A stretch of 64,000 nucleotides of DNA from Psilocybe cubensis (lineage: Eukaryota): positions 2,356,001 through 2,420,000 of the forward strand of contig CM038998.1 of NCBI GenBank assembly GCA_017499595.2, given 5' to 3'. The position numbers and the translations under genes are program-made. Shown here piece after piece: positions 11,794-24,796 of this stretch. The notes below the pieces were generated by a model. That model ran no database searches. It was not told the DNA's origin and saw nothing but the letters and a program-made list of their open reading frames with translations. Each line of letters starts with the position of its first letter. Within the stretch, counting starts at the first letter, position 1.

Positions 11794-12771
11794 TCAACCG
11801 AGAAAGGCGAGTTCTGTCATTCGCCTGACTTCATCATCCTCGATGTTGGCAGTCTCCAGAAGGATACTGCCCCGGTTGTACATGACGACCGGACGGGGAG
11901 ATCTGGCCGAGGGAGATAAAAGAGGGACATGATCGTCTGGAGTGGGACTTGGGAGTGGACTAGCAAGACGGGAACCGAGACTGGCAGTGGCCTGGACAGC
12001 AAATTGAGCAGGGATAGTGGGGGAGGGGGGTAGATGTGAAGCGTTGAAGGATTTTTTCGAGGTAGACTCTGAAGGACTAGAGCGAGAGAGGGAACCGATA
12101 AAGGAACGACGAAGGTTGTTGAGAGAGGCGCTCATGGTGAGGCGGCGGGGACGCAAGGTAGGTGGATTGTCGTTTGATGGTGAATTTTTAATTTCAGGGA
12201 CGGGGATTGGCAGGGACTTTTCCTTGTCTCGTTTGAACGGATTGAGTGATTTGCGGGGGGTGGAATCTGTCATGCCGCGCTTGCGAGTGGCTGGAGGATC
12301 GACAGATAAAATAGGCGGTGCATGGTCGATGACGAGGATATCCTGAGAAAAACGGTGCTGGACAGGACTTTCTACGATGATGGGAGTGGAGGGGCTGTTG
12401 TCGTTGGTCTTGAGAAGGAGATGAGGGTCAGCAGCAGGGTTTAGTTGTAGCTCAAGCTGGGCAAAAGAGTCGTCGGGGAGATGAAAGGCAGAGCTGAGGG
12501 GGCTTGGCGGAGTCTGCGGGGAAGGAGAGTCGTTTGATGTACGGGAATGCGGGGGAAAGAGGGACGCCTTGTCGAGCAGAGAGGGTGGATTGCCAAACTT
12601 GAATGCATTCATGCGCTGGCGCTCCTCCTCTGCTGGCCTGTTGCTTTTGACGACATCTGGGGGGGACGGGAGAAGACGGCGAGCTCTGAGGGCAGCATCG
12701 CGACTTTCCTTGTCGTACGCGCTCTGTGGCTGGATGCGGATAATGGGACGCTTCTTCTGTTTAGTGCTCAT
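11794..12771 (-). CDS. Hypothetical Pro/Ser-rich protein, intronless
   Basis: 325-aa ATG-initiated ORF with ordered-looking C-terminus MYNRGSILLETANIEDDEVRRMTELAFLG. Confidence 0.65.
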   Translation of the reverse strand: MSTKQKKRPIIRIQPQSAYDKESRDAALRARRLLPSPPDVVKSNRPAEEERQRMNAFKFGNPPSLLDKASLFPPHSRTSNDSPSPQTPPSPLSSAFHLPDDSFAQLELQLNPAADPHLLLKTNDNSPSTPIIVESPVQHRFSQDILVIDHAPPILSVDPPATRKRGMTDSTPRKSLNPFKRDKEKSLPIPVPEIKNSPSNDNPPTLRPRRLTMSASLNNLRRSFIGSLSRSSPSESTSKKSFNASHLPPSPTIPAQFAVQATASLGSRLASPLPSPTPDDHVPLLSPSARSPRPVVMYNRGSILLETANIEDDEVRRMTELAFLG

Positions 12772-12852
12772 AGCTAGTTAGTGTAGTGAATGGCAGTTGG
12801 AAGCATGTGAACGAGTGCTGCCTATTTCGGACCATCCTCTGCGCTTCCACCC

Positions 12853-15372
12853 ATGCAGCCTGACCTCTCCCCTCTACACTCACAGCACCAGAGGCGCATC
12901 CGCCACATCACAGGCCTCCGCATACACAATCTCTCTCCCTTTCCCCGCCGCGACCGCCTCGCTGCCCCGCCCCGCCACATCCCCCTCGACACCGCCGACG
13001 ACAACATCCTCCCCCGCAGACCCCGCCGCCGCCGAACCAGCGCCGCCTCTTCTTCCTCAATCGTCGCCCCCGCCAACTCCCAGGCTGCCCTCCAGAGCAT
13101 CGTCGCCGCAAGACTCGTCCACTCCTTCATCACCCTCTCCCCACTCCGCTCCGCGCCCCTCCACCAGCCCAAGCTCCCCCCTTCCCCTCCCACATCCGCC
13201 CCGCCCTTCAATTCCTCCTTTGCCAAATCTACCGGCCCCCCCGTCTACTTTTCCCCTGTCCACCGCCCCTCTACCAACCCGTATTTCCCCATCGACACCC
13301 GTTCTCCACGCGATTTCCCCCCTCCATACGACCTCAGCGCACAATCTCTCCATGTCCAGGTCTGGGGAAATCCTCCTGCCGGATGGTCATTGCTCAATGA
13401 ATGGCATTTCCATCTAAATCAGCTCCTTCCTCTCCCCGAAGATGTACGCCCAACTTTCATATCCTCCCATTCATTTACTTATTTCCATTCCAGGTCACCT
13501 CCCTTCCCCCAAACACTCTTCTCGTCTCCCTTTCCCCTCCAGGCAATGTCTTTTACCTCCCTCACCCTTCTGACCGCTCCCGCTCTCCTTCTCCCTCACA
13601 CGGCTACTCCTCTGAACCTGAATCAGAGATAAGGAATCCCACCCCTTTACGCCGCCGCCGCCACCACAATCCTGCTCAATCCTCTACCGATACCCTTACC
13701 AAGACTGCTGGCTTGCAAGATCTCTTCAAGTACAAACCCTCTCTCTCTTGCTTTGACCACTGCTCACATCCATACCTAGGCTCGTCAACATCCAGTCATG
13801 TATTTTGGACAATGAAGCCTCTGTATCAGAGGTTATCAGGGGCATAGGCCACTTGTTGGAAGACGATTCCGCCTTTTCTCAGGTATACCGCGTTTGCACT
13901 TGATCCATTCTCTTTCCCGACCCTTGCATTTCAGCGGCGTCACATATCCGAGTCCGAAGCTAGGATTCAAGACCTTAGACGCAACCATGACACAGTCAGA
14001 GAGCAGTGTGCACAGAGTAGGCATAATTTTCCTCTCCCCATACCCACGCCCCTAATTGGCACACAGAAAGAGCTCAAATTATCGCATACAAGCAGCGCCT
14101 ACAACAACGGTCCGACTTGCTCGAATCTGCACGTATCGCATTCGACATCAACTCTGACTTGACCCAAGTAATAGCAAACGAGAGGTCAGTTTTGATCCCA
14201 ATCACCCACTAATTCCCCTGACACTCCTCCACAAGGGCCCAGCTGACAGCCTTGCACGCCCACATGACTTCCATACGCACCTCCCTCCTTTCCACCCTAT
14301 CTACCATCTTCCCCATCGAGCTGCTTTCCCCACCTGACCTCTTGTTCACCATCCTCGACGTGCCCCTCCCCATCCCCGTCAACCCAAGCGACCCTGCACC
14401 CCCGCTCACCTTGCCAGAGCATAAAGAGGTCACAGAAGAAGCCGTCGCTGCCGCCCTTGGCTTTGTCGCCCAGGTTCTGCAGATTCTCGCCGCCTATCTC
14501 GGAAAGGGGCTAGTATATCCCGTTACGTGCATTGGGAGCCGGAGCTTGATTCGGGATGGGATCAGCGCCATGGTGGGTCCCAGGATGTATGTGCCACCTT
14601 TTTATCCCCTTTCCCTGCTTGACTGGTGCTTTAGGTTTCCTTTGTTTTCAAAGGGTGTCGATACCTATCGGTTCGAGTATGGCGTGTTTTTGTTGAACAA
14701 GGATATCGAAATGGTGAGCAGATTCAAGTATTCCTCTTGCGTCATTAATGCGTTTCTAGCTCATGTCGGAACGCGATCTACGCGCGTTGGATATACGGCA
14801 TACCCTGCCTAATCTCAAAAACCTTATGCTCACGCTTAGCCACGATAACATACCAACAACGACACGGTGAATATCTGATTTCAGTATAAAGTAACGAAAA
14901 GAGCTGACAAACGTCAAGGCCTGTTTTGCGACGGCACTCACCTATATTGTCCATATCTTCGGGGCTCGCAACGCCCTCGCGCTCTTCCTCGCCGCCAAAC
15001 GAGGATATGATGGATGTTAGCACGCCCAAGGCGTCCCAGATCATCACACCAATAGCCAATGGAGACCAGTCGAGGAGCGGTGCAACAACTCCCACAGCAT
15101 CGCTGCATGACACTACCAAATCAAAGTCTTCATTCCTTGGTTTTGGAGTACCGTTTTGGGGGAGGTCGTCGACAATTCAGAGGGAAGAGGAGGATAGTGT
15201 GTCGTCGTCTGAAGATTCGAGTGATGATGCTCCAGGTGCAGACGACGAGGAAGGAGATGGGGACGAGGACGATAGACGGACGATACATGGTGTTGTTGCT
15301 TCACCATCTGACAACTTGATTAACCCCGTCGAGGTTGGTGGTCAAGCAGAGAAAATTGCGCCAGCAGAGTAG
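12853..15372 (+). CDS. VPS38: UVRAG/Vps38 (Atg14-family) PI3K complex subunit; spliced
   Basis: RRIRHITGLRIHNL; C2-like VYFSPVHRPSTNPYF; AAALGFVAQVLQILAAYL...YPVTCIGSRSLIRDGIS; FPLFSKGVDTYRFEYGVFLLNKDIE; HTLPNLKNL. Confidence 0.85.
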
Positions 15373-16545
15373 TGGTTCGACAACGTTGTATTCAGAGTCG
15401 TCCACGTTGTACAAGAAGAATGTCCGTCTCTTTGGATCCCGCTGTTCTAGACCCTTGCAAATGTACGCTCCGTCGTCGCCTGTCATACTTCGCCAGCTCG
15501 TCCGTGTTTTCGTTTCCGTGTCTTTGAGTGTTTTCTTTCTAGTGTTTTACGTTAATATTCGATCGATGATTTGAAGCAAATTGCTTGCCAACCAACCCAG
15601 AACAGAAGCTAGCCGCTAATATAGAGTAAGCAGCGTACATAACAGACCCCATGTGGACTGAGAATTTCTGAAGCTTCTTGGGTGGGGGAATTTATGATCG
15701 GTTCTGATGTGATGAGTAAAAATTTTTAGCAGCCTTTTCGCGCGGCCGACTGTTCGTAAACTGTGTGTCGAGCGCCCTTTACGAACAAAGACAACTCCGT
15801 CGTTTGATTAAATTAATAAACAAACATTAAAAATACAAAGAAACGGGGTATGGTTATGGGGGCTGAGATGAAAGGACATGTTGGGGGGTCGCAATTATGA
15901 TCGGGGAAATAGGCTCCTTGATATTAGTTTTGAATTTGCACAAAAAAGAGCGACAATCAGTGGTTAAAAGATACATGCCCCTATTATAACAAGAAGAGAG
16001 AAATTACGGGGAACAGGTTCAGGAGCTTGAGAACACGATGGAAGTTTTAAGCGAATTCTCGCCAGGGACCGGAGTTGCAAATTTTTGAAGGGAATTGCCG
16101 GGCTTTTGAGTTCAGGGACCAAAACGTAGCGCTCTTCGACGACCATATACTTATATTCTTCAAGACGACTCACACCTTCTCTCTCGACCATTCTCTTCCC
16201 TACTTTCTCCGCCCAACATTCGGGGTACCAAAAAGAGTCCGTCGTCGTCTTTTCCGTATCCTTCGCTTCCCCTTAGATCCCCTTCTTTCAGCTCGGACTC
16301 TGGCCTATTGTAACATCAGTCCTTTAAGGCGGGCAAAATCACAGTTCACAGGTCAGTCGGCCTGATGGCGGCCCTCTGCTGAATGAACAGCCTCATCTCA
16401 TCACAATATTGTCATCCTCCTTTTTCAGGATCCCTTCATTTTGTGCAACTGCTCTCCTCGTCGAAAACCTATACCCTCTGAAATACCTCTTTTTCTTCCT
16501 GTCCTTTACTGCTCTGAAAAGTTACAAGCACCCCTTGATTTCAAA

Positions 16546-19500
16546 ATGAACACTATGGAAAATACTATCTCCCCTACTGATAATCATCCTTCCCCCGACG
16601 AACGAAAGAAGAGTCCACCAGCTTTTTTGGACCTGGCTGACTCTGTACGTTTCACTTCCTCTTCTTTTTCTCACCGCACTAAACTTTTTCCTTGATCCCG
16701 CAGGCCGCGAGGTTGGGAAGTAATATGCCGGACATGTCAGCAGTGAGTTTTGTTTTGTGTCGCCTTTTTTGTGTCCAGTTCCGAAATTCATCTCCTGCCA
16801 GCGCGTCGAGTTGAAGCGCATCGAGCACGAACGACAGCGTGACTTGCAACGAAAACATTTCGAGGCCCAAATGCAGGCTTTGGAACTGAAACAGGCTCAG
16901 GAGCTGCTCAGCATCCCTTACGACTCGAACGGGAACGGTGGCATTCAGCACTTGGCTGTGTCCGCACCGACCACTCCTCCACGTCTCAATGCCCAGCTTG
17001 CTCAACTCGGTGAGGCTTTCTCTTTACATATGACCTCCCTCTCTGACTCTTTTCAAGGTGTGGTGCCACAGGCCGACAAGCGTAAATCCGTCACCTATGC
17101 CCCTACAGTGCCGACGGTCAACTTGTCCCCTGACCTTGCTAACGGTGCTGCTACCAATGGCTTCAGCCGCCCTGTCGGGGCTAAGAGCATGCCTGCCAGC
17201 AGACGCACTTCTGCCAGCAGCCACGACGAGGAGCTCGCTATCCACATCCAAGGACTCTCACTTGCTGGTGGAGACCGTTCGAACCGTGCTTCGCCTGTAC
17301 ACGCTCCTGTGTCTGCGTCGAGCATTCTCAAAGGAAACGGACGGTATCCCGACGACGAGGGTGCGAGGTACGCGAACACCTATAATGCCGGGATGATGTT
17401 GGATGAGCAACTGGATCAGGAAATGCACAGTATGTTTACCCCCGAACGCCATCATTTTTTTTACTGACCTTGTCCCCCCTTTCTAGATGCTATGAGGAAC
17501 CTTCCTACTTCTGATGATGACAAATATAATAATAATTACCAGGGCAAGGTAAGTCTACTTGACACTTTGTTATTTTATCTTCCTTTTTTCATTAAGCGAA
17601 ATAGATTTCCACTGCTTCGGCGGCTTTGGATTTGGCACATATTTCGCAAACTTCTCCTCGTGCCCACTACGCGAGGGCACTCGACACCAGGGAAAAATCT
17701 TCTGAATGGCCACAATTCCCCGGAAATCCTCGCGGACCGGAGGGCGTCGTGAACAGGTCTGACAGGCGCGCCACGAACCCCAACTTGATCTTGTCAGCAC
17801 CCGCCGACGAGAAGGTTCTCGGTGGTGGAGTGGTCTCTGCTTCCTCGACCCCTCTTATCCCACAGCAATCTCAGGGCCCCGCTCATTCACTTAACCAAGG
17901 TCCTACTTCGCGCCGAGGATCTCCTCACAGTTTGTTGGACAGCCTTTCTGCGACGACCCGCTCCGTTCCTGCAACGCCTCTGGGCATGCCCACTTCGGCT
18001 GGAAGTCACCTGCTAAAGACTCCTGGGACTCCTCACAACCAGGAAGTCTTGAATGGACGCATCTCGACTCCCAACCCTCACGTCTTGAACGAAAGCTCCG
18101 TCAATGCGATTGATTTGCAAGCTTCCCTTTCCCGTCTTCCGACGGGCCCTTACGACAACGGTTCTTTGACTTTCAACTCGATACAGTCTGGAGGCCGTGA
18201 TGAAGTATGTTTCGGCCTTTTCATCTCTTTAATTTTTTTATTAATCATAACTCTAGTATGATGCAATCTATGGGCATAACGGCGGCGTCGTCGACAACAC
18301 TCGTTTCAATACTTACGGATTCGAATCTAATGGTCGCCCAAGTGCCAACCCATCTAATGCTGCCCCACTTAATAATCCCGCAGGACCTGCGAGTTTGTAT
18401 TCTACCCAACAAGGATCCCGCTACGGGCTTGGACTCCCCACGCGTACTTCCTCCGGCAATGATAGTAAGATGAACGGATTGCATGGACCCAAGCACAAGC
18501 GTGGTGACATGGATCGCGAATGTAATGAAATTTTTCCTGTCATTCAGGGTGCGCCAACTGATCTGTTCACTGCAGTCAACCGATTCGCTGGCACCCGCCT
18601 TGAGGACCTCCAGGGCGAAATTCCTGCCCTCTGCAAAGATCAACACGGTTGCCGTTACTTGCAGAAGAAGCTCGAGGAAGGTGTCCCAGAGCATCGCGAC
18701 ATGATCTTCCGCGAGACCTTCGGTCATTTTGCCGACCTCATGACTGGTAAATCTGATTGAACTCTTTTCTTCCATTGCAATCGTTCAAGCTTTTGTTAGA
18801 TCCTTTTGGTAACTACCTCTGCCAAAAGCTTCTAGAGTTCTCCACGGACGAACAGCGCAATGTTATTTGCGAGTCGGTTGCTCAGGACCTCGTCAACATC
18901 TCTTTGAATATGCATGGAACACGAGCAGTGCAAAAGATGATTGATTTCTTGTCAACTCGTCGACAGGCAAGCTTATTTCTCGCTCCATTTCTCTTTTTTT
19001 TGTGCCCGGGCTAATAGATGAATAGCAGACTGATCAACGCTATAACGCTCAAATTCGCGCCATCATTGTCGCACTCAGCATGCACGTTGTCGTCCTCATC
19101 AAGGATTTGAATGGAAATCACGTCATTCAAAAGTGCTTGAACAAGTTGGCACCTGAGGATAACCAAGTAAGCATTCGGATGTTATTTGGCTTGCTGAACT
19201 TTATAATTAAATCATTATTAGTTCATCTATAATGCTGTCGCGGCTAACTGTATCGAGGTTGCCACCCACCGTCACGGATGCTGCGTCTTGCAAAGATGTA
19301 TCGATCACGCTTCGGAGATGCAGCGAGTCCAACTCGTCAACGAGATCACTTATAATGCACTTACTTTGGTCCAAGATCCTTATGGCAACTATGTGAGCTT
19401 TTTTTTTTCTTTGCAAAATGCTCTTGATGGGGCTGAACCTTGAGGACTTTTGTTAGGTTGTGCAATACATCCTTGATTTGAATGACAACCGATTCAGTGA

Positions 19501-20329
19501 CGGCGTCATTCGCCAGTTCTCAGGCAATGTTTGCGCCTTGTCGGTCCAGAAATTCAGTTCAAATGTGATTGAAAAAGTAAGCAAAAAAATTCTACCGCTT
19601 AAATAATTTGCGCTTATCAATATATTTCGATAGTGCATCCGTGTTGCGGAGACTAACACGCGCAAGATGCTTATTGACGAACTTTTGAACCGTTCACGAC
19701 TGGAGAAATTACTCCGCGACTCTTATGGCAACTACTGTGTCCAGGTTTGTAAATCTTAAATTGGTCAATTTTCCTTTCTTGACACACCAGTTCTTTTTTA
19801 GACTGCTTTGGACTATGCGGACCCGGCACAGCGAACCCTCTTGGTTGAAGGCATTCGTCCAGTTCTTCCATTGATACGCAACACTCCGTACGGAAAGCGT
19901 ATCCAGAACAAGCTCCAACGCGAACAAATGGACCATTTCGGCGGATTCCCGAACCAACAGGCGCTTGTCAACATTGCTCTTAGCAACCAAGGAATGGGTG
20001 GCCTCGCCAATCGTCACATTCCACAGGGTCACTCTGCAAACCCTCTCGCGGATGTTTACGCCTCTTCGAATGGATTGTACTCGATGCCTGCGCAAGGCAA
20101 CTTTGCCCAGTCGCACCTGAGCGCTCCGATGCACAACCTTCAGCCACCATCCATCGACGGATATGTTTTGCAAGGCAACTCGAGTCACAACCAAGGGCTG
20201 CCGCAGCAACATTCGCACACAGGGTCATTCCCCGCAGCTTCGTTCACTGGTCTCCCTGCCTTTGGTGGGGCGCTCAACGGATCTATCAACGACCCATATC
20301 AACGCTCGGCGTTTGGATATGGCATGTAA
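16546..20329 (+). CDS. PUF4: Pumilio-family RNA-binding protein, Puf4/Puf5 clade; many introns
   Basis: Eight Puf repeats with recognition helices CRYLQ, NYLCQ, TRAVQ, NHVIQ, CCVLQ, NYVVQ, SNVIE, NYCVQ, followed by TPYGKRIQNKL. Confidence 0.9.
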
Positions 20330-20935
20330 ACCCATAGCCTTTCATCAACTTTCTTTCGGACACGTGGACTTATCAAATGCTTTCTGAAAAACCTACCACT
20401 CCTTTTAATCCTTTTCGACATCCATTGCCCTCTACATTGATTGATACATACAAAATCTACGCTACTAACCTACATCTCCATTTTGATCTGCTGTTCACAT
20501 ACTCGTCTAACCATGCCTCCCAAACCTTTCTGATTCATCATACCACATCCCGCATTGTATTTTGCAAACGGCATATTTTCCCGACCATTTGTTTTCATGC
20601 TTTCCTGTGACCAACACTTTTTTATTTGCCATCCACATTTGTAAAGGTTATTTCCCTTCATTCTAAGTACTTACTACTTTAAGTCGGTTGTCTGTCTTAT
20701 AGTATTCTCGTTGCAGCACTATTGGTCTGTCATTCTGTAGTTTCAACTCAAGCTGTATAAAGTCCTTTATCTAGATTCTTCGCATGGTGGAATGAATGCA
20801 ACTATAATTTTTCTGTGAGTTTATAATAGCACGACAAGTCTGTGAGATGCCCAACGTCTTTCCCGTTGGACAAATGTGTAGCCTACCCGGTCAACAGAAA
20901 GTTTACCTCGGGCCGATGCTTGCCGAAGATAAGAG

Positions 20936-20955
20936 CCAATTAACGCGATCTTGAT
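20936..20955 (+). promoter_or_regulatory. CCAAT-N12-GAT, matching the CBC:HapX bipartite consensus CSAAT-N12-RWT, upstream of HEM3
   Basis: ccaat taacgcgatctt gat about 100 bp upstream of the HEM3 ATG; function is inferred. Confidence 0.35.
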
Positions 20956-21057
20956 TTCCCAGTCGCGGGATAAAGAAAGATCTCGCGTTCATTTCGTCTT
21001 CATCGTTCTTCATAAACCCAAATATCCACTCGTTTTTCGATTCCCAATCCCACAAAC

Positions 21058-22207
21058 ATGCCTCGGACGTTCACTTTGGCCTCTAGAGCCTCCCAGCTGG
21101 CCCAGATCCAGACCAACATTGTCCTTGCAAATCTCCAGGAACAATTTCCACCTTCTGCGGATGGCTCGACGCCCAACTTTGCTACATCGTTTATGGCCAC
21201 TGCTGGTGACAAAAATCAGTCCCAAGCTCTATATCTGATCGGTGGAAAGGCTCTTTGGACCAAGGAGCTCGAAGTCGCGTTGAAAGAGGGGCATGTCGAT
21301 ATGCTCATCCATTCTTTGAAAGACGTTCCTACTACTCTGCCGGAAGGATGCCTCTTGGGCGCTATCCTCGAGAGAGAGGATCCAGTTGACAGCTTGGTGG
21401 TCAAGCAGGGCGAAAATTGGAAGACACTTGATGACCTACCTGCTGGAAGTGTCGTTGGCACCAGCAGTGTCCGAAGAGTCGCGCAATTGAAGCGCAAATA
21501 CCCTCATCTTAAATTCTTGGACGTCGTAAGTTTATTCCCCGATCCATTTCACTGGCCGATAATCAATCATATATTGATTTATAGCGTGGAAACTTGTATG
21601 TATTTTGTTTAGCTATTATATTTGCAAAGCTCAGATTCTATATTTGCAAAGGAATACGCGCTTTGCGAAATTGGATGCACCAGATGGTCCTTATGCCGCC
21701 CTTATTTTGGCTAAAGCAGGCATCGTTCGCTTAGAAATGGGCGACCGTATTTCTTCTGACGTCGGGCCACCTACATTATACCATGCAGTCTCACAAGGTG
21801 CCCTGGGCGTCGAGATCCGTAGTGATGATACAGAAGCACTCGAATTGTGCAAGAAGCTCACTCATCGTGAAACCTCGTGGAGATGTTCCGCTGAAAGGGC
21901 ATGCCTTCGAGTTCTCGAAGGTGGTTGTAGTGTGCCTGTCGGGATATTCAGCAAGCTCGTTGCTGAGGAAGGTGGAGAGCTTCTTACCATAACTGGCTGT
22001 ATCACTGGCCTCGATGGGAAGGAACATGTCGAGCAGACGGTGTCGGAGAAGGTCGCGTCTCAGGAAGACGCAGAGAATGTTGGAGTAAAATTGGCCAAAC
22101 TTCTGATAGAAACCGGGGGCAAGAAGATTTTGGACGACATCAATGTCGACCGGGAACGACGAGTTGGTGAGGCAAAGGCTGCAGACGAGGTAGCTGCAGC
22201 ATCCTAA
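21058..22207 (+). CDS. HEM3: Porphobilinogen deaminase (hydroxymethylbilane synthase); two introns flanking an 11-nt microexon (21585-21595)
   Basis: ASRASQLAQIQT, GGKALWTKELE, HSLKDVPT, GTSSVRR, RGNLNTR, AVSQGALG, LEGGCSVPVG. Confidence 0.97.
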
Positions 22208-22519
22208 TCTTTTTGATAAATAAAGAATGTATGTGTATTTTTTGGGAATTGTATCATATAAACAAATTGGCGCGAAAGCGGTCTGTGCCAATCCTGAAGA
22301 TGTCTTTTCATTCATGACAGTGAACATGTCTCTGAGTTGATTTGCATTCAAAGAAGAGTCATTAAGATACAGGCTGTAAAGCAGGGTAGCATCTTCAAGG
22401 TCGGCACCGTAGACGCTTTGTGATACGTACTTCTTTGCCCAGAGAATTATTATTTAACAGCAACGAAATAGGCATTGATTTAGCCAAAATGACCTCCGGA
22501 CTTTCCAGTCCCCATGTTG

Positions 22520-23200
22520 CGCTCCACACTAATGCCATGGTTTGTAGTTCTCGATATGCCGACCACTTTACCCGAAAGGTGCACCGAAACTGAGATTCGA
22601 AGCACATGAACGTTGTTGTAGAGAAACGTTTAAACTGTAAAATGTTCCAGTACACGCTTATGAGCGTAGGACCAAGCGTAGGACCAGGATGTGCCGTTTC
22701 ACAGCCTGTACGTTTTCCCATACCACTATTTCCGATATACATCTGGACAAACCAGACGTGTTTGATGACTGGTGTGCAGCTTAATATGGCGAGGGCTAGC
22801 CTCATTCCTAATAGACTAGGCGATGGTATTTCATTCAATGTGGAACCACTGACTTTGAACCACGCGGTCTCTCAAGGTACAGTCGATGTCCACACTGAGA
22901 ATGTTGAAGTATTGGAGATTTGCAAGAAAATAGAGCGTCGAGGAACGACGTGGACGACGTTTTCTACCAAATGCGCTTGTCTGAAACATCTCGAAGGCAG
23001 ACATGCCGATTGGCATTGCAAGCAACCTGGCGGCAGAGGGTGTTTAAGGAGAACTCACTGGCATAGAGGTCGAGCACAAGATTACACAAGTAGTAACCGT
23101 AGAAAATGAACCGGGGAGTATCGGATTACCCTGGACAAAACGTTGAAGGGAAGAACATTTTAGGTGGAAAATGTGGATCGAAACCGTCGTATAGAGGTGA
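22520..23200 (+). pseudogene. Degenerate tandem copy of HEM3
   Basis: Colinear HEM3-like fragments in shifting frames with stops: DMPTTLPERC, LDKPD, LGDGISFNVEPLTLNHAVSQGTVDV, VLEICKKI, ACLKHLEG, GKNIL, NVDRNRRIE. Confidence 0.85.
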
Positions 23201-23822
23201 CTCAGAACAAAAAGGATGGAAATGAGTAAAAGTAGGTTTTATTTATGCGATGAAGTATCGTAGTCGTTGGGGAATGTATCATACAAGGTCAGGCGAAGGA
23301 TATTTGGAAGAACTTGATACCATTCGATGGGACGTTGTAGGATCTTGTGGGCTTCTCTATCTCTCCACGAGCGCCTGCTGTTCCCTTCTGAAGATACAGG
23401 ATTACAGGTGACTCTAAAGTGGGGAGATGTGAAAATCAGATTGGCGAGGTTGCTGTTTATATACTCAACCTCTATTTGGTCTTGCTTGGTTTTTGCCACA
23501 TTTAGCTACTCCCTTCGTCCATTTCATATACATGCATCTAAAAGGCCATTATCGTAGGAGCAATAACAACTTTAGTTTGAATCTCTATAAATCGGAAGCT
23601 CAATGCACAATGATATCCAGAGGAGGACCCTGCCAGTCCCCAGGAGTGCTTGACATGGCACCAGCACCGCCACATCCCCCTGTCTTGAGGTGGCTGTACA
23701 CCAATCTGATTCCGAGGTCAACTGCATGCTACTAACATCCATAGTCTTTCGATAGACGGCCCTTAGTCGGTTTTGTCAGAACTCTTTTATTTTTTCTTCT
23801 TGATTTATCTCGAGTTTTCCTC

Positions 23823-24796
23823 ATGGCGTCTATTTCTTCACGAAGACTAGCGAAAGAGCTAAGGGAAATTCAGTCTGAAGGATGCCCAGTCGGTGAGCGC
23901 TACCGTGACTGAGTTTGCCACTCCTTTGAGGGATCTATCTCATCGCACCATAATCCAGGAATCACTCTAGTGGAGGCTAATGATTTTACCAAATGGATAT
24001 TTACTATACAAGTCATGGGTGAATCTTTGTACGAGGTGTGCCCTTGATTTGTGGTTGTTCGCCTCGTTCCCTATTGATTGATCGAGACCACTCTCTATGT
24101 TTGTTGTTCTATAGGGAGAAGTCTATACCCTCCAGTTTAGATTTGATCCCCAGTATCCAATATCATCACCGGCTGTTCAGTTTGTTGTGGGAGAAGGCAA
24201 AGAGTCACCTATTCATCCAGTGAGATGTGTTATCTGAAGGCACCTGTTTGCAGATTTCTAATAATCCTCTTTCTTTGCAGCACGTCTATTCTAATGGCCA
24301 TGTAAACTTTCCAGGATAACAGATTTCAGGATCTCATACTTAAACACATTTTTTTAGATTTGTGCATCCATCCTTGGTAATGAATGGTCGCCCGTTCTCA
24401 GCGTCATTGCGGTCTGCGTAACGCTTCAGAGTATGCTGGCGTCGTGCAAGGTGAGTACTTAAAACATGACATCCTGTAAATGCATATGGATTATATGAAT
24501 AACTTGTTAACATGCGCAGAAAAAAGAACGGTATGATCTGGCCACCGTATGTTTCAATATAAACCAATGTTAACGGTCGTTTCTCAGACCTGTTGATAAT
24601 GACCGTTATGTTAAAAATGCACCTGAGAATCCAAAGAAGGTATGCTATCTAATCTGTGAACCCCTTCTGACCATAAGTCATCTCATGATCGTGCTAGACT
24701 GTTTTTCACTACGATGGTGAGTAGATCTCGTGTGGTGCTTTCACTTATCCCATTTGTTCTCATTATCTTTGGTCCTTTGGTGCAGATGATACGTAA
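23823..24796 (+). CDS. UBE2W: Ubiquitin-conjugating enzyme E2, UBE2W-like; about 9 exons
   Basis: Spliced SSRRLAKELREI...YPISSPAVQF...PIHPHVYSNGHICASILGNEWSPVLSVIAVCVTLQSMLASCKKKERPVDNDRYV...TVFHYDDDT. Confidence 0.9.

Noticed and set aside
23239..23735. Short ORFs between the HEM3 relic and UBE2W
   Set aside because: No recognisable motifs or coherent splice structure
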